Assembly: GCF_009914755.1 (NCBI RefSeq)
Contig: NC_060925.1
From: the human T2T-CHM13v2.0 reference genome, Homo sapiens
Length of the DNA stretch: 64,000 nucleotides
Strand: one strand, 5' to 3'
Positions 14,101 to 28,010 of this stretch are shown in pieces. Both the position numbers and the translations under genes were made by a program. Numbering within the stretch: position 1 is the first letter of the stretch; every line of letters begins with the position of its first letter. Under the pieces are notes generated by a model. That model was given only the letters and a program-made list of their open reading frames with translations. It made no database searches and was not told the DNA's origin.

Positions 14101-17100
14101 GGTAAATATTAACGGTGTTCTCTGAGTTCCTGAATTAGTCCATTTATAAAAGTAATGATTTCGTTTCCCGTTTCTTTTTCTTGCGTGTTTATGGAAAAGT
14201 GTATGTGTGTATCGCATTTACGTGTCTGTGTGTGACTGGAAGTGATGTTAAAACTGAGTGCTTTTCATTTGTTTATGTTCGTATCATACAAATTATCCAA
14301 AAGAAGGCTACTAGTGTGTTTTTGAAACGCAGTTTACTCAGAGTGAAGAGTTCCTTCACGGTGATTTAAGCAGCCTCTATTAAACTAGCATCTTGCAAAT
14401 GCTTCTTTCTTTTATACAGCAAATCAGACCATGGAAGTGATCAAATTACCAGGATTGTTTCACTGCTATTCAGAAGCAGGGATCCAGGTGACCAAAGTAC
14501 TGTCAAGCACAGATTACACTAAAGGAAAAATATCCAGAAAAGCAGTAACAAACTTGCTGGGAAAACTTAATCAATATTTTTGAAATTTCCTCCACATGAA
14601 GAGAAATTATTTAGAAAGGGTGTTTTAGGAAGATGAAGAAGAAAACACCTCCTAGAATTCATATTTTGAGTAGAAAATCCATACATTAAATTACATTATA
14701 TATTACATGAGAATGATTTATATGACACTGGGTATTTTGAAGGTCAGCAATAAAATTGAAATTATAGCTAAGAAGCATGTCTCAGTACTTAGATTTTAAC
14801 CTATCTTTTTGATTTTGTTTCTGTTTTTAATTTAGCCTCACAATTTTTAAAAATATGTCTGAAAAACTGCTTTGATAAAATCCTTTTCATAAATTATAAC
14901 TGTTTAATCAGTCAGAACTTTAAGATTTAAATTTTAAATTCCACGTTTTCTCCACTGCTTTTGTTAATAAATTTGACATTCAATTTTATATCAATAAGAA
15001 ATATTTAATTTTTATTTTTTCTAAAAATTTAGAAAATTTTACAGACTTGATTGATTTTACTTGATACAAGCATCTGCCATAAGATTAAATTTTGGGATAA
15101 TCCTTCAAAATATAAAAGCAGCCTTATGAATGAAGTGCCATTTAGGTTCACGTTTAAGTTCACATTTGTAACAGTGTTACTTTTTTGCCATATATTTTCT
15201 CCTAAAAAATGATCTTCCATTTTCTTATAAGAAATTTGAATTGAGTCATTGGTTTGCCCTTTTCCTAAAGAATATGATATCTAAAATACCAGTAAATAAT
15301 TCAACATAGAGTGATTTCATGTCTGATTTATGAAGGGAGAGTAAATACTTGATAGCTATAGATGCCACAAAATAAATTCAATTGAGAGTATAATTTTCAC
15401 CTAATTTCTATGAGTTTATTTTTTTCACAGAACTAGACTATTGATACAACTTACATTTCTTTAGATAGATTATGTGTTTGCTTGGCAGCATATATTTGAA
15501 CATTAGTGAAACAGAACTTTGTTTTTTAAATGATGGAATTTATAATATACATGCATTGATTTGTATATTATGGGTTAAGTTTTTCAAAGCAGTAATGGAG
15601 CTGTGTGTTAATATATAGCTTATAATTGAAATGGTACATATTTGTACATTTTAAGCCTTTCAGTGTAAAATTTCTTAATTGGAATACTCTCTCCCTTGGC
15701 TAATTCATTAGTGAAAATATTTATTCCTCAAGTTAATGCTATATAGTATGATGCAATTTTTATATAGTGTAAACTTGTTTATGATATTTTGATTTCACTT
15801 TAAAACTTTTATTTTGCTTCTTAGACATATAGTTCATACTCAGTATAATGAGAAGTGCAGACACACATGAAGAAAATACATATCAGCTGTCTGGTTTTAC
15901 AAATGATCATTAAAACACCATGTCTTACTACTTTGACTCCAAATTATTGTCTTCCTGAACCCAAAAGTAATTTTCACAAGTACATTACACAACAGAACTT
16001 CATCTTCTGCTGGTTAGCAGTAGAGGATTTAAATCCATGCCGACAGTTCATTTGACAATGACCTTGAGGGGCTTTGCTTCTTGAAGAAGAAAGCAGAAGC
16101 TTGCGGTAAACAAAGTTCACTTCTGACAGATGGATTGAATGACAGAAAGGTTGCGAGTGCCAGAATAGCCCTGGCAGAGGAGGAAATGTTCAGTGGAATC
16201 CAACAGGAGAGGAGGTGTGAACAGGTGCAGGGTTGCTGACGGAAGGGGAACCAGATGGAAGGAGCCAGAGCCAGTTTATTTAAAGGAAAAGGCAGAAAAC
16301 ATTGAAAGGCTGTGCGATCAGTGGCTAAAAGTGTTCATAGAGGAAGGTAAAAATTCACAAAGCAAAACTGCACAGTGGGGTAGCTAACACTTAGCATAAT
16401 GGTAGTAATTTGTGAGTTTAGTTTGGAAGTTGCGATTGAAATACATTCATCTTGGCTCTTGACACCATCCAGTATAGATATTTGAAAGTTGTTTATTTTT
16501 TTAAGTTTCTAAGCTTTTTTAAATCCATCCATTAATTTAATTTTTTCCAGCCAGAAGCTCCATTATGATAATACTAAAATTATGTCGTCAGCTAGGAAAA
16601 GAAAAAAATTTAAAGTGAAGGTTAACGTTCCATTCAAATTTATCTTGTGATGCCTCAGTTTTGTTCACATATGGAAAGCAAATGCATGCACTGTTGGGTG
16701 ACATCTGTAATATCTAAGAAATTTGCAATGTTAGAATAGATGGTTGGTTGCTTTTGTTGTTTTGGATCTCTGTTCATTTTGTGAAGTCCGGTTTGATTGT
16801 TTCAGTAGGAATAATGCTCTTTAAAATACACATTTGCTGGCCACAATCTGCAGGTTAATTTCTGCTGCTGAGGTTGACCTGATTTTCATTGACTTTCAGT
16901 GACCTGCCTTTGGGCAGACACCTGCAAACCCAAGTACAATTTACAAAAGGAACAGTACGCATACAGTGGAGCAAGAAATGAGGACTTTCTTGTTTTCTAA
17001 GACCTATTAAAATGTAACTTTCTCCACTGCAAACCAGAGATAGCCCTGCTAATACTCTGTGTGGTCAATTCATACATACCACTTATGTGGGCCCTTGTCT

Positions 17101-18625
17101 ACCACAGTTTTCCTTGAAAATTTTACTACATTACATTTCTGACAAAGAGACGCCAATAGAGGAGGAGCTATTAAGAAGCTATCACCGGGAAAAATGATGA
17201 CAATGCACAATTATTTTGAGGTTTTAAAGATCTCGTAAATAATCCACAAAAGTTTCTGCACACTGCTCACAGAGATTAAACACACAAAGTAAATGAGTAC
17301 TGTATTGACATTCCTTTTCTCAGAACTGCCTGGATCAAATAGATTACGTTTGATTAAGGCTGGATGTTTTGAGTTTAGAGAGAATGTCTGTGATTCGTGG
17401 CATGCTTTTGTCAGTAAATATAAAGAATTGAAATCAGATTAACAGTTATAGAAGATGTTGATTTACTCCTGTGCTGTATATCAAGATCATCAATTTTGGT
17501 CTCTTTTTTTTTAATCTGGATGAGGCAATATACAACTATATTTTGAAGGAAAAATGGTTAGTGATTTCTTCTAGTAAAAGGAAGTTGATGACCTGTATTT
17601 TAAAGTCATCTGCAAAATGTACTTTTTTCTCCCACTTGTTAAGGAATTTTTATCTAATAACTTCTTATTAATCTAAAATTTTATATAAAATCGATTGGAG
17701 TATCCTTGCTTTGATTATAGTGTACTGATTTTGCCATCTCTTCCATCATAATTACCAAATTTATTTATATAATAATGCTACTAGCATGGTGCTGCTTTTT
17801 AAAATAATAACATAAAACTCACTTGAACTACGGGGTTCAAATTGAAAGACAGTAAAAAGAAACTGCAACAATCAGTGTCATCATTTGATAGTCATATCAC
17901 AAATTAAATTGTAAACTTCTTATAGGTAGAACCAATAGCTTCCCAGAAATATGTAAATTTAGTTGTACCTAGTAAAGTGTCTTTTGTGATATGAGTCTTT
18001 AATTTTTTTGAATGAAGGGATAACAAGTTGATTGCTGCTAAGCAGGTATTCAGTCAACATTTATTGAGCACATGTTCTGTTCTAGCTGCACTAGGCACTA
18101 TGTAAATTTTCAAAATAAAGAGCCCATGATCCTTTTCCACAAGTATCCTGCAACCTACCAGACAAGGTTTATGTAATTACATATACACATACGTGTGTGT
18201 GTAAAATCTAGAAAATAGTATATAAATTTATAAACTTTCTGTGACTCATGATCATCTTAAATGAATTGATGAAACTCTCATCTAGCTCAACACTTATAAT
18301 GTGTGAGAATGTTGAGAGAAGCTAAGTGATTTTCCTAATACCAACGGTGGTTGAGTGACAGCAAAAAGTAGAGTCTAAGTTTCCTTTCTCTAAGTCTAGT
18401 GCTCTTCCTGCATCCCACATTATACTTCTTTGTTCTCATTGATGATATGACTTGTCTGAGAAACCCCATTAAAACCCTTCAGTGCAAGTCTTTCACAGCC
18501 TGTTTTGGAAAGGAAAAAAAAATTATTTTTGGATTTTGGCACACGGTTACTGGTTCTTGAAACAAACAAAACACAAAGGTTCTTTAGCTTGCAAACAGTA
18601 ATTACGAAGTTCACTTCTTAGAACT

Positions 18626-18972
<347 letters not shown>

Positions 18973-18989
18973 TAGTAAAGATAACCTCC

Positions 18990-19205
18990 CGCATAAACGC
19001 TGCTTACCCTGTAATAGGCATATTCACTTAATCCCCACATAACCCTACCAGGTAGATTCTGCCATAAGCCCCATTTTACAGATAAGAAAACTGAGGTATT
19101 CAGAGGTTAGTACCTTGACCCAAGTCACAGCACTGCTAAGTGGTGGCGTAGGCACTGAAGCCTAGGCAGCTAGGCTCCCGACTACGATTTTATCCATTAC
19201 ACTAT
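18990..19205 (-). mobile_element. MIR SINE
   Basis: MIR core ccccattttacagataagaaaactgagg...ccaagtcacag. Confidence 0.75.
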
Positions 19206-21183
19206 ATTGCCTCTGATGGTGGATGTTGTGAAAAATAACTTCTGTCACCAGTTCCTTTTGGAAAGTTGTATTCAACAGGCTAAACCAGGTTTCTTGACAG
19301 TAGGGCTTCTCAGCGTTTTTAATATGTTAGTGCACACTGTGACTCTCTTAGAAAGGAATTTAGTTTTCAGTGTTTCCGAAATTTATATGACTTATGGAAG
19401 CTTTTCTATCAAATCTCCACACATCTTCCAGGAATCACGTTTTTAGGAATACACTTGGGGAAAAACTGAACTAAACTAATTTGTAGTAGGACTGCTGAAA
19501 ACTATCATATGGGGATTATTCGTTATTGTATCTCATCAGTGCCTCTGCAACACCCTACTCCATCCCACCCTGCCCCGCAACTTCACTTTCATTAGAACAC
19601 ACACAGTTCATGGAAAGAGTAGATAGGTTGGTAACTTTCAATTTTCATTTAGTCATTTCTCTAAAATGGGGGTGTGGGGTGGGGAAGCATCTTTGACCAG
19701 ACTTCAAGAGTAGCTGGACAGTTAGCTGTGCCAGAGTCACGTTCCAAGTTCTTCCATATCTTACTGTCCCAACTTTGCCTTTATGTGATAATTCTATTTA
19801 TTTTAAATTATGTGTTTATTCTAGAAAACAAATTTGACAATTACATAACTAGATTGCCAGTCAGTTCATTGAAGTTAGACACCTTTTAAAGCATGACTCT
19901 GAATGAGATTTCATAGAATAAGATGTTATTGTGGATGCTCTCCTGTATAAACGTTTTAGGCAATCTCCTGCCAGGAATTATTGGCACAAATTTGAAGTAT
20001 GGGCCACTAAGTCAGACTGCACTAGATTTTATTTTCCTTCAACCCATGATATGGCAATATTCCTCCCTTTTATGTGTATTCTTTCCTGTGTTAGGAAGAA
20101 ATGGAGCAACTCATGGGCAATAAGCTCTGGAAGTCGGGAAGTTTAGCACTCATAATGTGCTAATTTTTCTGTAAATACACTTGGAGGTGCCTATAATTTA
20201 TAATTATGTCAAGCAGTTTCTACTGGTGAGGTTTTCTATAAATAACCATCTTGTAATGATAACGACTGGAATTGTGATTCTCATGAAGACTTACTATGTG
20301 TGCTCCTAGCTTTCCCACCTGCCCTGCTTTCTGGGTTCTCAAATTACATTTCCTTCAATAAATCAACTCCAGCAATTTTTATTAAAGTTTGAAACCATTC
20401 ACTGGCTTATTTGTATTCCTCAAGGTGCAGAAAATGTTTGGGAATAAGCGAAAACTACAAAGGCAACAGATTAAATCCCCAGGCAGTGGGATAGCTTACT
20501 AAACTGGCTGACACATTGATTGACAAGCTAATATGACTGCAAGGTCCTCTTGATGAACTTTGAAACTAGTCGTTTCTTACTAGAAACAAGTAATGAATGA
20601 TATAAGGATGATTACTAGAGATTGAGTAAAGAAATCCATGTCTATTTGCCATTTAAAAATTATAGAAACACTATCCAATGATGAAGATTTTCCAATTTTA
20701 TTTACATTCACTTATTAGGAAGGAGTCTGTGACCCAGGTACATAACTGAACATTTTAAAAATAATTTGCCAGCTTGGCTGTATGGATTAACTTTTTCATA
20801 ATACTTTGTAATTTAATTTTAAATGTGAATATGTTTTTTGGGAGTTGCCTCAAACCAAATCTGATTTACAAAAAAAAAAAAATGAAGGGGATCATTTTGG
20901 TATACTATGGTGACTACTTCAGCTTCGGTTGTTCTTAGTGTTCTATCAGAATTCTTCTCCTTTGTTTCTCCTTTCAAATCATAGGTGAGTGGCTGAATTA
21001 AATGAGAAACTTATCAAGGTTAAAAAAGGTCATTTTAATAGTTTTTGAAAATTATGAGTTTTGATATCTTCATGAGGCACTTACGTTTAGTAGTTTTGGG
21101 CACCTGGTTATTTTTATTTGTGGAATCAGGATTTAAAATGCTGCTTTGCTATAGGGTGGTAGACAAAGGAGTGGCACTCAGAC

Positions 21184-21800
21184 CAGTGCTGTCCAATAGA
21201 AATACAGAGGGAGCCACAAAATGTAAACCACACATGTCATTTAAAATTTTCAAATAACCACATTTTAAAAAGTAAAAGGAGGCTGGGCGCGGTAGCTCAT
21301 GTCTGCAATCCCAACACTTTAGGAGGCCGAGGTGGGCAGATCATTTGAGGTCAGGAGTTTGAGACCAGCCTAGCCAACATCGGGAAACCTTGTCTCAACT
21401 AAAAATACAAAAAAATTAGCCAGGCATGATGGCGCACACCTGTAGTCACAGCTGCTCAGGAGGCTGAGACAGGATAATCGCTTGAACCCGGGAGGCGGAG
21501 GTTGCGGTGAGCTGGGCAACAAGCAAAACTCTGTCTCAATTAAAAAAAAAAAAAAAAAGCAAAAGGAAACAGGTGAAATTAGTTTTAATAACATAATTTA
21601 TTTAACCCAATGTATAGAAAATAGTATTTCAACATGTGATTTATATAACACATTATTAATGACGTATTTTAAATTTTTTTCCTAAGTCTTCACACCCCTT
21701 TGTGTATTTTGCACTTACAGCATGTCTTGATCCAACCTAGCCATATTTCAAGTGCTTACTAACCCCACGTGGCCAGTGGCTGCCACTCCAGACGTCACAG
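21184..21800. mobile_element. MER33-like hAT-Charlie element interrupted by an Alu
   Basis: cagtgctgtccaatagaaa start; ...tagccatatttcaagtgct...cacgtggccagtggctgcc end. Confidence 0.75.
21281..21558 (+). mobile_element. Alu (AluS-like) with a short right-arm deletion, nested in MER33
   Basis: gtgagctgggcaac junction lacks the usual ccgagatcgcgccactgcactccagc segment; TSD aaaaagtaaaagga / aaaaagcaaaagga. Confidence 0.9.
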
Positions 21801-22720
21801 CCCTAGACGTTTGTTACTCAGTTTTCCAGCTTTCCCACAATGCCCAGCAGAGATGAAGTTAGATTCTCATGAGCTTAAACCCTGAATTGTTTCTACAAAA
21901 ATGGGAACCATTTTATTAAAACAAGAAAATCATGTCATCTTTTTCTTGAATTTTGGAGGCAGTAGCCAGGACTCATATTGATTAGTCTTTTTCTGAAGAA
22001 TCGCCACTTTGAGGAGGAGGAGGAAGAGAGAGGAAGCTACCACTTACTGGCCATTACTTGAAGAGCAGATGAGTGATTAAATATACCAGCATCACATTAT
22101 AATAAGTTCTTCTATATCTTACTCTCCCATCTTTGCCGTTATATGTTGAAGAGTTGTTGAAAATAAATTTGACAGTTAAATAACTAGATGCCGATCTGTT
22201 AACTGGATTTAGACAATTAGGAACCTTTCAAATGGTGATCTGGGCTGGACGTTGCCGGTTGCCTCATGTGGAGCTTCCCACATAATCCTGATAATATCAT
22301 TTTATTAATGAGAAAACAGAGGCTTAGATTGAGATGAGGTTCCGCCTTGACGTGACACAGCTAGCACATGGTGGAGCCAGGGCTGAGGCCCAGCCCTGTG
22401 TGTGCAACGCTGGCCAATGCTACCTCCCCCTGTGTAGCTTATGTCAGGAAATTGAGGAAAATTTTTATTCTTTCCTCAAGGCTGTCTTTGAGATAATTAT
22501 ATTGATTGTTTCAGTTTGAGTAGTCATCTTCTAGGAAATAATAAGGATAACAATAGTAATAATACGTACTAATTAATATTTTTTAACTTACTATATGTCA
22601 GTGCTGTACTAACAGTATTTTATATGTAATATCCTCATAGTCCTATGAGGAGAGGTACTGTTATTAACCTTATTTTTCATTCAAGAAAACTGAGTCGTAG
22701 GTTATGTGACTTACTTAGAG

Positions 22721-23122
22721 CAGGAGTTCCCAACTCGGGGTCACCTGACCTCCATCTCCTGTCGGAGCAGCAGCATCATTGGATTCCCATGGGGCGCTAA
22801 CCGTATTGTAAACTGCGCATGTGAGGGATCTAGGTTGTGCACTCCTTATGAGAATCTAATGCTTGATGATCTGTCACTGTCTCCCGTCACCCCCTGATGG
22901 AACTGTCTAGTTGCAGGAAAGCAGGCTCAAGGCTCCCACTGATTCTACATTATGGTGAGTGTTATAATTATTTCATTATATGTTACAGTGTAATAATAAT
23001 AGAAATAAACTGCCCAATAAATGGAATGCAGTCGAATCATCCCCACACCCCCTACCCTGGTCCGTGGAAAAATTGTTTTCCATGAAACCAGTCATTGATG
23101 CCAAAAAGGCTGGGGACCACTG
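22721..23122. mobile_element. MER1A-like hAT-Charlie element (internally deleted) inserted into a MIR
   Basis: TIRs caggagttcccaac / gctggggaccactg; 8-bp TSD acttagag / acttaggg; MIR core continues on both sides. Confidence 0.85.
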
Positions 23123-23996
23123 ACTTAGGGCACACAGCTGCTAAGTGGAGGAATTGCAACTTTGATGCTAAGTCTAGCACACACCAAAGCCTGTTCTCTA
23201 AACTTCTGCCTCCTTGTGTACAGATGCCCTGCTGGCAGTGGAGCTTACATGCGAAGGGATAAAGGCTGAAAGTATCCTATTGTTTTTAGGGGTATTTTAG
23301 GATTTCAGTTGCTTATATTTATTTTCTCAGAGCACAAAGTCCTCAGTTTGGATATAGTCAGGGCAGGCTACCTTGTGGAAATTAGTTTGAAGATAGATTT
23401 AGAAGGCTGGAAGCAGCAGGTTTCCAGGAATGGAAAGGGCCGCTCTGTAGCTACAGGAATGGTGAGGACGAAGACTAAGAAATGGCTAGAGGAAGAGAAA
23501 GATCCAGCAGACACAGGTTATTGAAGCAGAGGAAATAATTAAGGATGTAGATAAGAATAGTTATAAGCAAGTATTACAAAGTCAAATAGAAATAATGTTA
23601 AATCATAAAATGACTAAAAGGCAAAATGTTTTGATGAAGAAAGTGACTTAATTATTGTATCAAGAAAAGAATTTTCTTATTTAGAGGAATGAGAATAGTG
23701 GAGTAGGAATCAGAAAACTTGGGCTCACGTCAGTTTTTTTCTTCTGTAGATGTAGTGCTTTTTACCTCCAGAATTGTGTGCAAAGACGGAGAGGTTACAG
23801 AGTTCTCAATCAAACTCTAAAAATGGACTACAGTGGTCTTGTTGCCAAGTCAAGGTTACTAGTCCATAGAATACAGCCGTAATTTCTGTATACATGCACA
23901 TTGGATGTTTGACCAAAGGCACACCATCTCAGCAATAATGAAAATTCTACTATCTTTATTACAGAAGTTCCCCACTTACTCAAACTTAGACTTCTT

Positions 23997-24300
23997 CTTT
24001 TTTTTTTTTTTTTGGTTTTGAGATGGAGTCTTACCCTGTCGCCCAGGCTGGAGTGAAGTGGCATGATCTCGGCTCACCACAACCTCCGCCTCCCGGGCTC
24101 AAGCAATTCTCCTGTCTCAGCCTCCTGAGTAACTGGGATTACAGGCATGCACACCATGCCCAGCTAATTTTTGTATTTTTAGTAGAGACGGGATTTCACC
24201 ATGTTGGCCAGGCTGGTCTGGAACTCCTGATCTCAGGTGATCTGCCTGCCTTGGCCTCCCAAAGTGTTGGGATTACAGGTGTGAGCCACCGTGCCTGTCC
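23997..24300 (-). mobile_element. Alu (AluSx-like), antisense
   Basis: Perfect 16-bp TSD caaacttagacttctt (23981-96 and 24301-16). Confidence 0.93.
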
Positions 24301-25649
24301 CAAACTTAGACTTCTTGCTAGTTTGAAATATAGCTGTAAATTGAGGTATAAATTAAAACGTACTTTTAAGAAGCAAGTAACTATCACAAAGCCCTTGCAC
24401 TTTTCTGTGCAGCATCTGTGGAACTATCCTAACACACTTTTAGGTGTTAAAAAGCAAAAAGGAAAAAAATTAAAAACAAAATAAAAAAACATGGCAGCAA
24501 ATCACAGCAAACCAACCAATAAAGAATTATAAGAAGACCAGTATGCTTTTGGTTCTTTAGAATAACATCTGAGACCTTCCTTGCAATAAATATTATTGAA
24601 TGCCTTCTGTTTCTAGCCACTCTATTAAGCCCTTAAAGATCTGGCAATGAGCAACGATCCATAGGCACTTACTAGCAAAAGGAATAGCAACAGTAAGTAT
24701 GCCTACCTTGTTTTAAATTATGAACCTTAATTATTAAGGAGAGCTTATTGTATTTGGTATAGTTTGCTTAAGAAAGCAGACATAATTAACACATTTTAGA
24801 CATATTTCTATTGTAAATGGCGAGAATTCTGTGGATCTAATACCTGGAAAATTCTCGTATGTGGAACATATTCTCAACATTCTAGATAAATAATGCATGC
24901 ATTACTCTGTCATACTTATGAGATAAAATATAATAAAAAATATATAAATTATAATTCTTACTATTATACATATTTCTGAATAAATTTTATAGCCACAAGG
25001 GAACCAACATGTTCCCCATTTAATATTATATCCTAGAAATTAATTCCTAAAACATTTTAATAATAGAATAATAGAATAGAATAGAATAGAAACTGTTATG
25101 CTACAATTTGCTAATAATGCATTTCCATTGACATGTTATAGAAACGCCACTAGAATGCATATTGATCCTACTGATACCTGATTTGAAGTTACTCATCAGA
25201 GGGATTAGTTACTGGGAATTTGTAGATCAAGTGATATTTTTCAGAGAAGAAAGCCAAGAATGCATAAAAGTCATTAGTTTATACAGACAAATTGAAATGG
25301 AAAATATGAATTTTTGAAAATATGAAGATACAAAGGCAAAATCATGATCGAATTTATTTTAGGTAATAGCATATTTGGCCTTATTATTTAGGGTGATGAA
25401 TTGGGCTCAGGGTGTTGTATAATAGGATACAGTAGTGCTTTACTATCTCACAGGATCTTTGCCCCATGCAATCACTTAATGCATCAGGCACCCTGAGCTA
25501 TTGAAAACATTTGAAGACTGAAAATTAATGAAGTGTGCATTGTCAAATGCACTGAGGCTGTTCAGTCTCAGTATCTACCTATGGTATCTACCGTATCTAA
25601 AGAAACCATTACAGAAATTGCTCTTACTATTGCTGTAGTAATAAGTGCT

Positions 25650-26315
25650 TTCCCTGATTCTAATGTTGTCCCTTCCCCATCTGTTCCCCACACTGCAGCC
25701 AGAGTGATCTTTCTAAAGCACGAGTGTGATCACAACACTCCGCTGCTTAAAACCCTACATTGGCTCCCTATTTCCCTCAGGACGAGGGCCTTAAAAATAG
25801 CTTCATGTTCTGGCTCCTGCCTACATCTCCAAGTCTCGTCTTTCTTCAATAATCTCCCCTCCACCAACTGTGCGCTGCTGCCCCACAACATATATCCTCC
25901 AGCATCCCGTCATGCCAAAACTGTTTGCAGTGTTCTCAGGGCACCTGGTTATCTCTCCACCCTGTGTCTTTGCACAAACTGTCCACTTCACTTGTAATAA
26001 TCTTCTTTATATTCTTTGTATGGCAGATTACTACTCATATTTTAAGCTTCTGATTTTTTTTAAGCTTCCTGAAATCCTTCCTCCCTGTCCCCAGCTACTC
26101 CCCAATTCCTATCCTTTCCACCTGTATCATGGCAGGAATTTAGCCCTACTTTAATATTTACTGTACCATGAGTTGTTTTTTTCCCCAAAACTCGTTTATT
26201 TTGTTCACTAGACAATAGACTCTCTGAGGCCAGGGTCTACATCTTGCACACTGATGCATCCCCATACTTTTGTGCTTGGCACAAAGTAGTTGCTTAAGTA
26301 TTTGTTGAATGGATG
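25650..26315 (+). mobile_element. L2 LINE 3' relic
   Basis: cacactgcagccagagtgatctttctaaa...ending gtgcttggcacaaagtagttgcttaagtatttgttgaatggatg. Confidence 0.75.
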
Positions 26316-26344
26316 CGCAATCCACTGTTTGATTAAACAAACCC

Positions 26345-26580
26345 ATCATGTGAGGCAGTGCCATGGAATGGAAAGAACACTGGACTTGGAGTGAGAAGAC
26401 AGATTTGGATTCCAGCTTTGCTACTTACTAGCTGCATGGCTTTGAGAAAAATCTCTTAATTCCCGAGTTTGAGACACTTTATCTATCAAACAGGAATATC
26501 TGTTCCATCTCTCTGCCCCACAGAGATGTTATGAAGAATAGAGAGGTCGGTGCATTTGAATGTGCCTTTTAAAATAGAAA
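26345..26580 (+). mobile_element. MIR SINE
   Basis: ggaaagaacactggacttggag...ccagctttgctacttactagctg MIR 5' region and core. Confidence 0.7.
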
Positions 26581-27779
26581 GTACAGACATGCAAAGGGTG
26601 ATGCGCTAGTAACTGGAGTTGATAGAGTCTGTGGTTTTGTTTTAAAAGTAGATGGGAATTGTGCATATGTAATAGAAACAGGCAATAGCTAGTCTACTGT
26701 ATTGTCTTTTGCCTTGAAGGTAAGTTTTCAAATTATTTTGGAGATACTGTAAGAACATTTTTGGAGGGAAAATTATTTTTAGAGATGTTTCTGTTAAATA
26801 TTTCCTTTCTTTTGTGTATATTCCCTTGAAAGAAGTTGACCTCCTTTCTGTTTCTGCTTTCTTCCCTAGAAGTGACTCATTCTCTGATCTGATAACTCAT
26901 CTTTCAACATTGTGCTTGAAGTTCTGACATACTTTGCAATGAAGAAAATAGAAGTAATTTACTCCAGGAAATATGCCATTAAGTCTTTTGCATACTTAAG
27001 GAAGTAGAGATTCCAGAATCTCATTCCTGTGTTTTCCTTTCTGTTTCTTCTCAGTAGTTCCACATTTGCTCAAATAAGGGAATACAGCCCCTGTTAGCTG
27101 TAAATAAGCATAGAATTTTGGGTTCTTCTGAAACATGGAAGACATCATGCTGTCTACCAATTTTATTATTGTTTTTGTTTTGTTTTATTTTCAATAATAA
27201 TAATAAATTCTTGCAAAAATAGAGATTATCTTATCATATTCTCTGACTGTAGTCAGTAGACAGGATGATACTTACACCTGTGAGGATACTTAGTACTTTC
27301 CGTCTTTTAGTAGTTGATCATTCATTCATTCGTTTATTCATTCATGAAATGTTCATTGACCACACAACTGTGTACCAGGCACTATTCCAGATTTTCGGGA
27401 TAAATTAGTGAGCAAAACAAAGGTTCCTATTCTCCATGGATTTAGATTCCAGATTGATGCACATGTCTTATCTTTTCTAGAGTCTGTGGCCACTTGAGGC
27501 AGGAGATGTGTTTGTGGTACCTTTCAATGTTTTTGCAAAGGTGAATATATGTCTTCGAGAAGGACACAACTAATTGATGGTGTCATTGTAGGAGAAAGTA
27601 ATCCAATAGCTTAGGGGACAACAGGGAAAGAAGAAGGAGAACTAGCTTGGGATTTGGCTGTCAAGATGGATAATATGGCTATTAAATGGCACACTCCCAT
27701 ATAGATAATTGAAATAGACACTTGTTATCCTTTCAACCTTCTCTCATTTCTCTACATCCCTGATAAAAGAAGAGACTGA

Positions 27780-28010
27780 AGCATAGTGATTCACTGTGGA
27801 CTTTAGAGTCAGATAGCCCTGGATTTCCTGGCTGTAACCTTTAATAACTAAAGAACTTGGACATACTGTATAACCTCTCTAGGCTCCCATTTTCTTATCT
27901 ATAAAGTGAAGATACTAAGAGAACCTACTTTATATGGTTGGTATGAGGATTAAATAAAAGAATGCATGTAAAGACCTTAGCTTATGTGTAAACATTAGTA
28001 ATTAGTAGCT
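27780..28010 (+). mobile_element. MIR SINE
   Basis: gcatagtg...ggactttagagtcaga...ttttcttatctataaagtg...tgaggattaaat. Confidence 0.7.

Noticed and set aside
19668-19684. G-rich run as a G-quadruplex
   Set aside because: Only three G tracts.
24023-24484. 153-aa ORF and similar ORFs at 4305, 4750, 6891, 18703, 48689, 49603, 56663, 58563
   Set aside because: These are translations of Alu sequence (typical [13 protein letters not shown] / [13 protein letters not shown] peptides), not genes.
25533-26154. 154-aa and 94-aa ORFs
   Set aside because: They lie in a degenerate L2 relic; no intact reverse transcriptase.
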